Shown here piece after piece: positions 40,991 through 55,691 of a stretch of DNA of 64,000 nt. The stretch is from Octopus vulgaris (lineage: Eukaryota): contig OX597823.1 of NCBI GenBank assembly GCA_951406725.2, forward strand, positions 69,502,001 through 69,566,000, read 5' to 3'. The position numbers and the translations under genes are program-made. Position 1 is the stretch's first letter, and each line of letters starts with the position of its first letter. Under the pieces are notes generated by a model. That model made no database searches and was not told where the DNA came from. It saw only the letters and a program-made list of their open reading frames with translations.

Positions 40991-42751
40991 CATGTATGTA
41001 TGTATGTGTGTATATGTGTATGTGCATGTGTGTGTGCGTGTGAGTGTGAAAATATATATGCACTGGTACTAACACACACATACACGTACAAATACGTACG
41101 CATATTTGTGAGAAAGAAGAATTCGCTGAAGTATCAGGGGAAGCTATAATTGATGTCTTTCGTTAAATTACCGTGTTGATCATAATTAGTTTTGCGTTAA
41201 GACAAAAGCAACGGGAAATCCATTAGGTTATCCTCCATTATATTCCCTGCTGTTATTTGATATTATATTTCAGTCTAAAAATGACTTGTCAAGCTCGACA
41301 ACTTTTCATTGGACTGAGATTAATGGGAAAATTGTTATGTTAATGTAGATTCTAACATAGGTTGGATAAAATCAAACAGCAACTAAATGTTATATACTGA
41401 TCTCTGTCTAGACACTCACACTAAGACCATTTATTGCATCTCTAACGAGTAGATGGCATTACATGATAATATTAATATCATTAATGGTTTAGCTATAGAA
41501 GAAAGGCCAGTGCAAGGTCTGTGACGCAGGTGAGGTAAGGCGAGACGTGGAAAGGACAAAAATCCATGACTCACGGATCGCTGTTAAATACTATTTAGAT
41601 CGCTGTGTGTAGCACAGACTGACGCCAGTATCTGCGTAGGCTGACTTTCAATAAGTAGCGCAATTTTCACAGGTGCTCTACAGTCAGAGCCAGTTCTCTG
41701 TTGTACCTGTTGGATACCCATAGATGCATTACTCTTTTTTATGTTTACCAATTACCATGCAATGATACTACATGAAAGACAGCTCATTAAGATGCAGCAC
41801 ATCAATGAATGTAGCTGACGGGACAATTCGTTCTATCAGCTGAAACAGAGGAGATTGCGCAAATGAGAGCAACTAATCGCCTAATCACTGGGATAGGATC
41901 TGGCAACGGGTTAGTTCTCCCCAGCTCCAAAATATATGGGCCACCGTGTTTTTGTCATGGTACAAATACAAGATACGTTATATCACTAATCTTATTGCTA
42001 TACTTGTAATTTGGAATTCAGTGTATGCGGATTTCTAAAAGGGTTGTATTCGCAGTAGTTTTATTAGTGAAGTCACCGTGAAAGTTTTCTAGTGATCCAC
42101 TGCAAGTTCATGTAACAAATAATTAAAACAAATTCGAAGTTTGGAGTTTTTAAGGAGGGAGATGGAGGTAATAAAATGTAAGGACACAAAGATTATGAAC
42201 ATAAGAGTGAGCAAGGTGGTGACAGGAAGAGAAATACTGGCAAACAGGAAGAGGGGGCGGAGAAAACGATTGAATGCGAGTACGGAGTGAAAAGCTGACA
42301 GTTTGACAACTAGGAAGATAAGTAAAATAGAATAATAAAAATGAAAGGAGAAATGATGAGATGCTTTGCTTCTTAGGGAGCAGAAATTTTTAAATTTTGG
42401 GAATATTGTTAAAACGAATGGCAAAACCAACATTAAATTTCATTCAATATTAAAGAAGTAGGTTTCATTGTCATAAAAATCCAATTTTGATTTTAGAAAT
42501 TATCCACAGGTGGATGTACTTGGTGAGTTTTGTGACTTATTAACACGGATGTGATGGAAATAGGCACAAAAATGTAAAATAAGCCAAGAATACCCTTTCG
42601 ACTTTTCAAATGTGGATCACACACGCATACAGACGCATACATGCGTTCATACATACATACATACATTCATACATAATGTACACACACACACATATATATT
42701 TATATATATACACACTAAGACAGACAGATATGCAAGCATTATATAAATGTG

Positions 42752-42834
<83 letters not shown>

Positions 42835-43046
42835 ATAGGTGGGTGGGTAGGTAGGTAGGTAGGTAGGTAGGTAGGTAGGTAGGTAGGTAGGTAGGTAGGT
42901 AGGTAGGTAGGTAGGTATAACTATATATGGTAGACCTGCAGGTTGTGGCAAAGTATTGTTCCAGCTCCAGCATTAGGCCCTCAGAAGAGGAAAGTAAGCA
43001 TCCAAACTGGTTCTCATCAATTCGGTTCATGTGCCTGTCCTCACAA

Positions 43047-43285
43047 GTTCACGTTGCTCAAGTTTACTCAGCTGTAGAAATAAGCTGCGGGGTCACTGGC
43101 GCCAAGTTGCATCGGCCCTTGCCTTTCTCTTGGATAACATCGTTTGCATAGAGAGGCGAGGCTGGTACGCATGGGTGACTGCTGATCTTCCATAAGCAAC
43201 CTTGCTCGGACTTGTGCTTCGGAGTACCCTTTCTAGGTGCAATATCAGTGTCATTCATGATCGAAGAGCGTCTTCACCTTTTTTA
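43047..43285 (+). mobile_element. 3' part of a further tRNA-derived SINE family
   Basis: TTCACGTTGCTCAAGTTTACTCAGCTGTAGAAAT...GTCACTGG overlaps the end of the 5' part seen at 59112-59281. Confidence 0.7.
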
Positions 43286-43565
43286 TTCTCGCCACGTTGA
43301 GCAGGTATTTCTCGGAATTGAGAGGTCACCACCTCGGTGCAACAGAAATGTGATTAGAATGTCGCGGGAAAAGGAAAGAATCGTAAGACATATTCTTCAA
43401 GGTGAACCGACTGGAAGTAAAACCTCGGGTAGAGCAAGCAGGAAATAGCTGGATAATATAATTATCTCAGTTTGTCTCGCTTGAGAATCTATCCAAAAAG
43501 AGTAATGACGGTTGCTTCACATAGGACCGTGTGAAGGAGGCACCTGAGGATTCTATCACATGATA
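43286..43565 (+). mobile_element. RTE-clade LINE 3' fragment
   Basis: VEQVFLGIERS..VIRMSREKERIVRHILQG..GRASRK*LDN. Shares ACGGTTGCTTC..ATAGGACC with 56500-56520. Confidence 0.65.
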
Positions 43566-43705
43566 TAATGCGTAGAGAAGATGGACGTATAAATAGATAA
43601 ATATGTATAGATATTCGTGCACACACAAATACACACATACACACACACAAACACACACGCACGCACACATACACACACATATTGAATCAATATTGTAAAT
43701 TCGGT

Positions 43706-43925
43706 TAAGGCGGCCTGCTGGCAGAATCGTTAGCACACCGGATAAAAATCTGAGCGCTATTTTGCCCGTCTTTATGTTCTGAGTTGAAATTCATCCGTGA
43801 TCGACTTCGTTGTTAATCATTTTGCGGTTTGATACAATAAGTACCTACTTTAGAACTGAAGTCGATTTCATCGACTTACCCGCACCCCTGAAATTGCTGG
43901 CCTTGTACCAAAATTTGAAATCAAT
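43706..43925 (+). mobile_element. Degraded SINE of the 2311 family
   Basis: AAGGCGGCCTGCTGGCAGAATCGTTAGCACACCGG head and GGCCTTGTACCAAAATTTGAAA tail. Confidence 0.8.
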
Positions 43926-44482
43926 ATAATGAATTTGTATAAGTTAAGGGGATGTATGAATGTCGCATATAATTAGTTTTGAACTTATCAAATTTCCTCT
44001 CCAATCGGTGATGGATGAAATATCACAATCGAGAACTAGTTAAAACGAAAAGCAGAGATAATATGAAATTAAGGATCAAACTAGAAGCAATAACAGAAAA
44101 TGACTTTCAGATCTTCCTTTTGCAAGAAAACGATCGCTATGTTTACGTGTTTCGATCTGCTTTATGAACAATAGTGAAGTTCTCCTCTATCCACTGATCA
44201 GGTTATTTCACAATTTTACATACAAAAAGACGTTTATTGAGGTTGATCGAAATTCATGCACACAGTTTTTTCCTGCAGGAAACAATGTTTACGTTTTTTC
44301 ACCTTAATGAGTTTATCAATTTGAGAAGTTATTTTTAATCTTCAAAATCGCAGAAATTCTCTTCCTTTCTCACGAGATGTTGAAAATTGCTCTAAGCATT
44401 ATTGATCCTGTAGCTAACTTAGAAAGAAATTTCAATAAATTAACAACTAATTGCCTACAGCATTCAGCACAAACTGTAATTC

Positions 44483-44515
<33 letters not shown>

Positions 44516-44989
44516 GTGTATATCCATGTCTGTATAGAGGCATACATACATACACATACACATGCATATATACATATACATATACATATATCTCATATGA
44601 ATAAAAAGTGACGTCAGCACTTATGCATATTACACAGCAACTTTTGTTCGCCTTGTGATGATACTATGTTGGGACCAGACATGAGATCAAGAAGCCTAAT
44701 GGTATCAGGTACCTTCTGAAGCCTTAAAGGTATTCTATTAACCTATGGGCAAGAACGCCTGAGCGTGCTGCCCAGATAGATAAACTACTCTAGCACTTTC
44801 AGTACTGTTTCTACAACTGATACATGGTTTTTCTTATGTGCTTCGTGGAGCAGGATGGAGTATTTAAAAGTCTTTTCCAGAGTAATGCTGAGCAAAAGTT
44901 GTTATGAACCATGTGTGTGTGTGTGTGCGCGCGCAGATGTATGTGTGTGAGTGTGTATGTGTGTGCGCGTATGTGTGTGTGAGTGTGTG

Positions 44990-45030
<41 letters not shown>

Positions 45031-45079
45031 AACGTCGCTCCTTTATTCAAGGGTAACATTAACCTTTAATGGCTATCGT

Positions 45080-45480
45080 GTATGGTATTCTTGAATGCTT
45101 TCATCAGAGAAGTCTGAGACACATTCTGAATGTTTGCTGGCCCTTACGGTCTTCAAATACAGGGGTCTTTAGGTGAACCGACGTTCTGAAAATAGAGGCA
45201 ATGATGAACAAGCACCGTTTACATTGAACTGAACACCATGTTCGGATGAATGATCAAAGGATCCCCAAAGAGATGCTACATCGCGAATTTGGGTAAAGCG
45301 CCTCAGCACAAACCAAAACTACGATTTAAGGATTGCGCAAAACATCGTTGAAAGCCTGAGATGTATGGCACATTAAATGAGAAAGTAATGCTTGTTGTCA
45401 TTCATACAAGGGACGAAATTGATGCTTTAAAAATCAAGCATTCTTCATGTAGAATTTAAGTGAGCTGCTCGAAAATGCTC
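45080..45480 (+). mobile_element. Degraded RTE-clade LINE 3' fragment
   Basis: HVRMNDQRIPKEMLHREF followed by KPKLRFKDC. Confidence 0.7.
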
Positions 45481-45917
45481 CGACAGTTTAGTAAAGGATC
45501 TGGTATATCTGTGTGCATGTATCAAGGGCTACGGTCATTGCGCATCACTAGAGCCACGGGTGCAAAGTATAAACCATTGCAAGTGCACAAAGTGATGGTT
45601 TTTCTTCATTATTAGTGATATATACATACATATGCATGTATAAAAACATATTTTTATGCTATGTATATATGCTATATATATATTTACTTATGTGTATATG
45701 CTAGTGTATTAGCACGTTTGTGTGTCACATTTTCACGGACGTGTATATCTTGCTTTACGTATGCATCTATGCACAAATTTACCTATGATATCTACGTATT
45801 TTTCTGTAATATACACGTGTGTACCTGCGTATACGAGTTCATATACGTGTGCGTATGTGCGTGTATCCAGTTGTAAGTATATGCCCATACTCTTCGATGT
45901 GCGTGTGTGAGCGTGTA

Positions 45918-45959
<42 letters not shown>

Positions 45960-46220
45960 TCTCAGCACGAACAGAAAAAAAAATCCGTATAAGCATTATC
46001 TTCTTTCAACTTCTACTTCCTTTTCTTTCTCTTAACAGTTACAACAACGGAAGCTGATTACGTCATTTTCTCTAAACGAGAATGTGTACTTTCCACGTTC
46101 ATATTTGAATTTTTGGCGTTTCAATAATTTTTCTTTGATTTTACTCATTCTCGATTTTCATGAAATATAGCGGTACTTAAGCCGACTCAAGAAATCTCTA
46201 GTGAGACTTTTTTTATTGAT

Positions 46221-46268
46221 GTACCTAAGGAGAACTTGATCCAGAACGGCTCGAAACACGTGTTGTAC
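46221..46268 (+). ncRNA. Minimal type I hammerhead motif with one core substitution, inside a ~480-bp segment between (TA)n tracts
   Basis: gtac-CTAAGGA-ga...tc-GAA-ACACGTGT-T-gtac: stem I gtac/gtac, palindromic stem III, G5>A in the core, followed by AATAAA. Confidence 0.6.
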
Positions 46269-46435
46269 CCAATAAATTCTATTAGACATTCCATCTCTTA
46301 TTTTATTAATACTGTTATCCTAAGCGGCACTACGACGTTCCTGCAGTAAATGTACGGATAACAACAGATAATCGAAACTGCGCTGGAGCTTTACTCATCA
46401 ATCATCCAATTATACAAATTGTACAATCTCTCCAT

Positions 46436-46495
<60 letters not shown>

Positions 46496-46504
46496 TAACA
46501 CATA

Positions 46505-46722
46505 TTATTTTATTCTTTTACATGTTTCAATCATTTGACGGGGGCCATGCTCAAGCACCGCCTTAAAGGGATTTAGTCGAAGAAATCAGTCCCAGAACAT
46601 ATTTTTTGTAAGCCTCGTACTTATTTTATCGGTTCTCTGTTGCCGAAGCGCTGGTTATGGGGACATAAACAAACCAGCATCGGTTGTCAAGTGATGATGG
46701 GGGACAAAAACATACACACACG

Positions 46723-46775
<53 letters not shown>

Positions 46776-46791
46776 TCATATATATATATTC

Positions 46792-46822
<31 letters not shown>

Positions 46823-46985
46823 TATATACGACGGGTTTCTTTCAGTTTCTGTCTGCCAAATCCATTCACAAGGTTTGGTCGGCCCATGGCTATAGTAGAA
46901 GACACTTACCCAAGGTACCACGCAGTGGGACTTAACCCAGAACCATGTGATTCGTAAGCAACTTCTTATCACACACCCACGCCTG
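46505..46985 (-). mobile_element. Microsatellite-containing tRNA-derived SINE
   Basis: Full family profile in reverse orientation with an expanded internal (CA)n/(TA)n tract. Confidence 0.88.
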
Positions 46986-48016
46986 CACGTGTATATGTGT
47001 GTGTGCGTGCGTGTGTGTATTTGTGAGTGAGTGTTATGTGTTGGTATTTATGTATTTGTTATTACAAATATATGTGTTTCAAAAATAACATAAGATATAT
47101 CTGAAACCGAAACCTACAAGATTTATCAATTCCATCAAATTCATCAATGTTGCGTTTCTTCGGCTCATTGGAGCGATGAGTTGTTGTGACTGTGAATATA
47201 TACCTATTTTCAGCTAGGTGGATAGAACTATTTCATATTAACATTTTTTGGTCACGGACTCACTGATGGAACCGTGATATAAACAGCTGACATTGCAGCT
47301 AGTTGTCTTTTACGTTATCTCTTTATTTATTTATATTGGCTTACATACAAATCAACAAATTACTTTCTCTTTCTACCTTTTGTTTCATTTTATATTTCAG
47401 GATATCTGATTGTAGATTCTTCCTTTAGGATAAAATAAAAACAGTAGGAAATAATACAGACAAAAAAAATAATAAAACAAAACGAACAACAATGCAATTA
47501 AAATTATTTATTTATGATTTCTTTATTTAAATTCTTTTTCTTGTTTTTAGAATGACCTTTATAAAGTCATAGAATTACATTTCTTAATGATAGTATTGTT
47601 TGGGGGAAGAACTGACTGGCAGGGCGGTAAATACAAGGTGACACGCTAATGTTTCTCGGATATGTTAATACAGTCATTTGAGACTAATAGGTGATTGTCG
47701 GAATGTGATAGACAAATTAATCAAGCATAATAATAGTCTCTATTGAAAATCTGGCTTCAGTTCAAGCAGAAGAAGTAATAATTCTACTTAGCAACTTTCA
47801 TTACATTGAACAAGGCATCATTTCACTAATTGCATTCTGAGGAACATCTGTATCCCGCAAGCATCCAATAGGTGTTTCACGAGGAGAATTTATTTAACCT
47901 ATTGATTGACGTTTTGTTGTTCTTTTGTTTATTATTGTTGTTTATTTGTTTTGTTTTATTTTTGCTTTGTTTTTATTTTTCAAACCACCAATTTCTTATT
48001 AGCAATGAATAGATGT

Positions 48017-48089
<73 letters not shown>

Positions 48090-48150
48090 GTATGTATATA
48101 TATATGTATGTATGTATGTATGTATATATATATTTATATATATATATATG

Positions 48151-48193
<43 letters not shown>

Positions 48194-48260
48194 ATATATA
48201 TGTATGTATGTATGTATATATATATGTATGTATGTATATATATATATGTATGTATGTATG

Positions 48261-48377
<117 letters not shown>

Positions 48378-48378
48378 G

Positions 48379-48583
<205 letters not shown>

Positions 48584-48608
48584 TATATATATATATATAT
48601 AATATATA

Positions 48609-48744
48609 TAATTTATTATATAGAAGGAGCTTCTACAGGACTAGTACTGTTTCATTCAAGAGAAATCTTCAGGAAGCTTCCTGAAGATTTCTCTTGAATG
48701 AAACAGTACTAGTCCTGTAGAAGCTCCTTCTATATAATAAATTA
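48609..48744. repeat. Perfect 136-bp palindrome (68-bp arms, no spacer) centred on AAG|CTT
   Basis: Checked base by base outward from 48676/48677. Confidence 0.97.
48675..48725 (+). ncRNA. Type I hammerhead ribozyme with intact core (mirror copy on the minus strand at 48628-48678)
   Basis: Stem I AGCTTC/GAAGCT; CTGAAGA at 48681-48687; stem II t-TTC-tctt-GAA-t; GAAA at 48700-48703; stem III ACAG-tactagtc-CTGT; cleavage triplet GTA, with the predicted cut after 48719. Confidence 0.8.
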
Positions 48745-48808
48745 ATTTTACTCTGCTATGTATTGAGTACCTTACTTACTGTGGTTAACCCCGAATCAAC
48801 CCGGGACC

Positions 48809-48893
<85 letters not shown>

Positions 48894-48900
48894 TAGATAT

Positions 48901-48964
<64 letters not shown>

Positions 48965-49387
48965 GAAAATATATTTTGTTACTTCATACCCACAAAATTT
49001 AACTTTTCTCAAATATCCTTTATGCCATATAAGTTTCGTAGAAATGAAACGCTAATGCATTTTTACATGGTCGCTTGCCCAGCTAGAAACAGAAACTACA
49101 TCTCCCTCAAAGAGCACAGTGTGGAACTATATGTGAAAGTGAAAAAAATTAGTACATGCAATCTTTGATACACACGCATTACTCGTTGTGGTTGAAATGA
49201 TAGCTTTAAACATTAATGTGTTCAGTATGGGCTGAACTAGTGGGTGCGCTAATTAACGATAATAATAACAGCTAGATTTAAGGAAATATAAGCATCTTAT
49301 AGGCCAAAATATCTAGGTATAGTACATTAGCAAAAGAAATAAAATTATTTGCTATGAGTTCTTTATTTGAATATTATAGTGTAATTT

Positions 49388-49830
49388 AAGGCGGTGAGCT
49401 GATAAAACCGTTAACATGCCGGACAAAATCCTTAACAGAATTTCATCCGTTTTAACTTTCTCTGTCCAAGGCTCGCCGGGGACGACCTTGCCCTTCATTT
49501 CTCTTGAACTCGATAAAATAAACACCAGTTGAGCATTGAGCTCAATGTAATCGGCTAGTTCCCCCACCCCACACCACATGTGTCAGATATTGTGTCTATA
49601 GTAGGCACAATGTAATTTAAGGGAGCGACCTGGTAGAATTTAAAGGGGCGACCACGCTGGACAAAATGCTTTGCAGAATTTCTTCCGGCTCTTTATGTTC
49701 GGAGTTCAAATGCTGCTAAGGTCGGCTTTGCTTTTCATCTTTCCGGGGTCAATACTTTATATACCACTGAAATACTGAGATCGATGTAATCGAATTTCCC
49801 TCTCCTCTTCCCTCAAAATCGTTGGATAAT
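49388..49830 (+). mobile_element. Two tandem degraded SINEs of the 2311 family
   Basis: Heads at about 49388 and 49640; GCTTTTCATCTTTCCGGGGTCAATA core; TGTAATTT recurs before, between and after the copies. Confidence 0.7.
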
Positions 49831-50879
49831 ATAATGTAATTTGGTATTAACAAATACTTCAAAATTTACAATCGACATTTTTTTCAAGTCTTCTCTTTCA
49901 TAATGTAATAGTTTTGGTCTTTAAATATCATTATATAAGCTAAGTTCATCACCATCGTGTTGTCGCCGTCGTCATCATCATCATCATCATGTTATTCTTT
50001 TTCATATTCAGACTCACAACTACTATCACGATTATCATCACATCATCAATATCATTATCTCATCATCATCATCCTCAACATTTTGATTCTCGGTTTTTAG
50101 CTTTATTATTACGTTATTAAACTTTAATAACAAAGCGTCATAAATGAGAATTATTAATCATCCAAACTATGACAAAATAAGTTGCCAATCGCTCTGCTAC
50201 TGATGTCGAAACAACCCAAAATTTATTTTTACTTGCAATGGTAGAGGGTTTCATATGATGTTCAAATTTCAATTTATTGTCAGATTTTTTTTATATTTCG
50301 AGCAAGCAGAATATTTTCTTGAAAAAACAGAATGGTTAGGTTATTAAAGAAAAGGAAGGAATTAACTATTCTCAATATGCAAAAGACATAATTAGAATTA
50401 ACTAATTCTCCTTCTTTGCATGTGTATTATAAATGGGAAAATTATATTACTAAATGTAAACTTAAAATTAAAAAAAAATTCCCGAAACGTATGAGGAATA
50501 CCTTTACTAAATAATGAAATGAAACAATATTTTGACTCCATTACATTACTATTGAAGTGTGAACATAATTCTTTTGTCCTAAAGAGATGTTTTATTCATG
50601 CATCTCTCTATATTTCCTTCTCATTTTGTAAAATTGCGAATAGTTTAATGTCATATAATCTTTAATAGCTTTAGATCTTCACCGCTTCATACTGAAAAGA
50701 TCCAGTTAGATAAAAATAGCAGATGTTATTAAAATAAGATTAGAAGAAATAAAAATCACTCAAATAAATCCGTTAACATATTTTTAATTCGTTTCACCAA
50801 CGGGAAAAATACTACTAATTTGGTTTTTAGTAAGCCAACTTTTTCTATTGTCATGCGTATAAATGCCCATTCAAATCTT

Positions 50880-52420
50880 TAAAGTGAATAAAAATAAAAG
50901 AGAAATAAACGCTAAGTTTTAAACATAGTTTACAGCTTAGTGAGAAAAAAATCGACTATTATCAGGCATGGAATCCGAAGTATAACACCAAATTACGACT
51001 AAGTTCAAGCTAGGAAATTGCTTGTATTTGCATCTCCTTGCAATTCTTGTTGCAGAACATATTAGCGAATCAACAAAAAATGAAATTTAGTGTAAAATTA
51101 TCGAAAACCAAAAGCAAATATGTATTATTATTAACTAAGCTTCATTAACTTCAAGGAATTCGAGAAATCTGTGCATGTAATTTTTGTAAAATGGGAATTA
51201 TATAATCGTTCACTAAAAATATTTCCTGATTTGGAAGAATTAGAAGCGGCAACAGCAGAAATTGTTTCCAGCGTGTTACAACTAACATTAAATGATGCAT
51301 GATTTAACACGTAATTTTGTTTTGATGTAGCGAGTACAGTGTTTGGACGAAAATCTGGAGTTATTACAAGAATAATTCAAACATTTCTTGACGTTCTAAT
51401 CTGTCATTATTGAGTGATTGATTGTAATTTGTTTTAGATGATGGTTTAAAAGAAATCAGTAACAAGATTTATGCTATTTACCATCAGCTTCATGAAAGTC
51501 AGCTGCAGTTTTAAAATAACTTTTATATCGAAATTGCCAAAATAGGCAAAATAAGCACTGTTTTCCGTTCTCGATGGATTTTGTATTGACTTATATCCGC
51601 TAGAGCAATGGAGTCGCACTGTAAATATTTTCTACATAGACAAAAGTTTTCTGGTATGCAAGAATTATTGACAAACATAACAGTTATAAGGCATTTATCA
51701 TTCGTGATCAATATTTCGGATGAGCTTGTATTATGATCAAATGTACTGCGAGGAAAGGAAATGCGTTCACCAGAGGCATATAAATTCATGCGTACAATTA
51801 ATTTGTTTATGCAATTAAAAATAGATTTGATATACATTAAAATAAAGTTATAAATTACTTCAGAGTGATTTTTCGAAATGAATTGAAATTAGAGAACAGA
51901 AAACGTTTTACTCACTGACACGAGAATCAGTAATAGAGTGTATAATTAATTGCCAAAATCAAAGCGAGGTTATTAAGTGAAGAATAAATTATATAAAGAG
52001 GCTAATTTAGATTATAGCAATAATGTTGAAATATTACAAGTTTTAAACCTCATTTCATGAAATACTGAAGACATCAATATCCAGTGGAAACAGTAATTTG
52101 GGAAAGTTAAAATAAAATCTTAAAATTTGAAACCGATTTAAATACTCTCCGGGTCTATGCAGAAAATAGCTATTAATTGAAGGGTTTCTCTTCTGTTAAA
52201 AGAATAAACAAGGCAAAATATGTCATGAACATAATTGACATACCGAATCAGAAATAGATGTTTAGCAGATAAAATATTAATTGTCGTTATAAAAAAAATC
52301 ATGTTTAAGGAGTTAACGCAAATCATGCTTTTTAAACATCAGTTCGTTGGGGGAAAACTGTTAAGCTTCTGGAAACCTTTAATCCATTACCATTTATCGA
52401 ATGATGGATGAGATGTCTTC
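50880..52420 (+). mobile_element. hAT transposase fossil (KIAA1586/ZNF862-like)
   Basis: Colinear peptides VLNIVYSLVRKNR, ICIIIN*AS (DE motif position), FPDLEELEAATAEI, CFDVASTVFGRKSGVITRI..LICH, KIGKI..SRW and TFNPLPFIE*W. Heavily disrupted. Confidence 0.7.
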
Positions 52421-52693
52421 GAAAAGTTTTGCATACGAGAATTCATGTATTCAAACAATAGTTTGTTGAGAAATCCGAGTATCTATTCACAAAATTTTAA
52501 AAGTTAGATCTAAAATACGATAGGTATTGATGTTCATGTTTGCTTGATAATTCAATATAACTTAAGTTATAGTTAATTAACATTTCAAGATGTTATTTTA
52601 TTCTTGAAATCTATATTTTATATTTCACAGATCACAATTATATTTTGACATAACCACGTAGCAGTTGTTAAACTTTTGGAAACCTACTGATCC

Positions 52694-53350
<657 letters not shown>

Positions 53351-53409
53351 CATATATATATACATATATATATACACACATATATATATATGTGTAAATA
53401 TATATATAC

Positions 53410-53462
<53 letters not shown>

Positions 53463-53490
53463 AATATATATATGCAATATATATATATAA

Positions 53491-53531
<41 letters not shown>

Positions 53532-53731
53532 AATTAATAATTTTTTTACGTTCAGTTCTAATAAAAATAATTTGACAATAATTTAAAGGGTTACTCTATG
53601 CTTTTGTAGGGTACAAATTTATTATTATTATACAAGAATATTGTTCAAAGTTACTTCGAAGTTACGTTCAGCTAACCCAACGTCGGACGAAACTTCGCAG
53701 TTACTCTCAACAATTTTCTCGTATAAGAAGA

Positions 53732-53774
<43 letters not shown>

Positions 53775-53775
<1 letters not shown>

Positions 53776-54092
53776 GGTTCATATAAGATTTTTGGTGCTC
53801 CAAGCAATAAAATAGTAAATAGAGGACCCACAATAGTATTTTAAGGGCTCTCGAAAAAAATATTGTTTTAGATGTATGTATGGGTGCGTATTGCAAGAAA
53901 CAGCTAGGTCTCTTTCTCTAACATTTTACATAGTTCACTCTACACAAGATAATGTGTGAAAAGCAAAATAGAAAATTTGAAAGAAGTTTCTATAAAACTA
54001 GTTTTTAAACATCGAATGGACATGGAATTCCACCAGAATAAAACTGTAATGAAAGGCGTCCATAGATAAAAAATGGTTGAGAATCCCTACTT
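53775..54092. mobile_element. hAT (Charlie-like) MITE fragment
   Basis: The right end AAAAAATGGTTGAGAATCCCTACT resembles the AAAAGGTTGAGAACCACTG-type hAT terminus. The left end is lost in the microsatellite. Confidence 0.5.
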
Positions 54093-54129
54093 TAGCGTAT
54101 ATGATCTTTATACACTGTTATTCGGCATG

Positions 54130-55224
54130 AAGATGTTCTCGCAGCCTTCAAGTATGATCTCCACCAGTGCACTACTCTTGAGTCCTGTACTGTTACTCGT
54201 CTACATCTTGCTGAGTTACTTTAAATTGTTTTTTTTTTAAGATGGTTTTTAACAGCGGGTCAGCGGTGATACTAGGATGTGCTCAACAACGCCCCAACTT
54301 GCTATTTTAAGGCCCCATCTTGGACCACTTGCTCTCCTGCTAATTTTCCACCGCATTATGTTACCTCTTCACCGGTATATTTTTTGCGTCTGCCGCTCCA
54401 TCACTTAGGCAATGCTACTACCACCATATTCTAGAAAGATCTCCCTTTCTTCTGGAGTGACACAACGTGCGTAATTTCTTTGTTCGTAACTCATCATACC
54501 CCCAACCCAATTCTTTTCTCTGCTCCAGAACACGTTGCAGCACTTGCCTGTACATGCACAGTGCTACTATTTCTGAGACCACCCGGCCTCCCTTTTCCTC
54601 AATGACTATTTTACTTGTTGCAAAAAAAGTATATATTGCATTAGATGATTTCAGTAAAGTTACATGAACATTGGAGAGAGAGGCTGAAGTTTAGCAGATC
54701 GTTTTGCCGACACATTGAGTTAAATAACACTGCATTACCTGTTGCTCACCACTTCACTTCAGCCATTCACACAATTTCCTATTTCTGACTTTGTGTTTTC
54801 TTTATATACATCGAAACACTCGTTTCTTGTTGTCATGAGGAAGAACTGTTCATGTTTCAACTTGGATACTCTTCACTCTTACTAAAGAACGAGCAGTTAC
54901 GGTCACCTAACTACGCCATAACCTTCCCTTCTATACATAACGCATTTAGGATGTGACTCATTATCTGCATGCACATTTACACCTACATATCTATACCGTC
55001 ACACAATGTAGATATATGACACATACATTAAGAATAGTACTCACTTGACAAATACTTACTGTTCTATATACATATACACGTAACTGCATACAAACTCCTA
55101 TATTTATTCAGATGTATAGCAATTTCTTGTACACAGATAATATATTTCTACACACCTCTCTCATCTCTTTATACACCTTTCTTCTCAGTGTCTTCCCTTG
55201 TTACCTTTCACACTGCTCTAAACA

Positions 55225-55279
<55 letters not shown>

Positions 55280-55520
55280 CTCTCCCCTACCTGCTCGTAC
55301 TACGATATTCGTGACAACTCCATCTACTCTTGCAACCACTAAGTCCGTTTGTATACTTCCAGTTTAACGGTCAAACGCACATTCTAAAGCATGTAGTTGA
55401 AAGATATTCACTTACCTTAATCCGGTATCGTCTCCATTCTGGTTTCTTTTCTTTGCTTATTTGGTTCTACTCTGCTTGATACCAGGTTCTCACGAAATAT
55501 CAGTCTATTTCATTTCCTCC
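54130..55520 (+). mobile_element. Penelope-like element 3' part (Cys linker, GIY-YIG endonuclease, pyrimidine-rich 3' UTR), degraded
   Basis: NVRNFFVRNSS, CSRTRCSTC, FTCCKKSIYCI, NIGERG*SLADRF, LPVAHHFT and EELFMFQLG occur in order. Confidence 0.75.
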
Positions 55521-55624
55521 TCATTTTCGATGTACAGTCCACTGTACACCACAGTTTAACCTAATTCTTTTTGTTGTGTGTGTGTGTATATATATATATA
55601 TGTGTGTGTGTGTGTATGTGTGTG

Positions 55625-55691
<67 letters not shown>

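Noticed and set aside
47258-47296. CACTGATGG...TAAACAGCTGACATTG, possible decayed HHR
   Set aside because: Needs about four substitutions, including core bases, and has no supporting element context.
52060-52100. CTGAAGA...GAAACAGTA hammerhead-like string
   Set aside because: Stem I does not pair adjacent to the core, and it lies inside the hAT fossil; likely chance.
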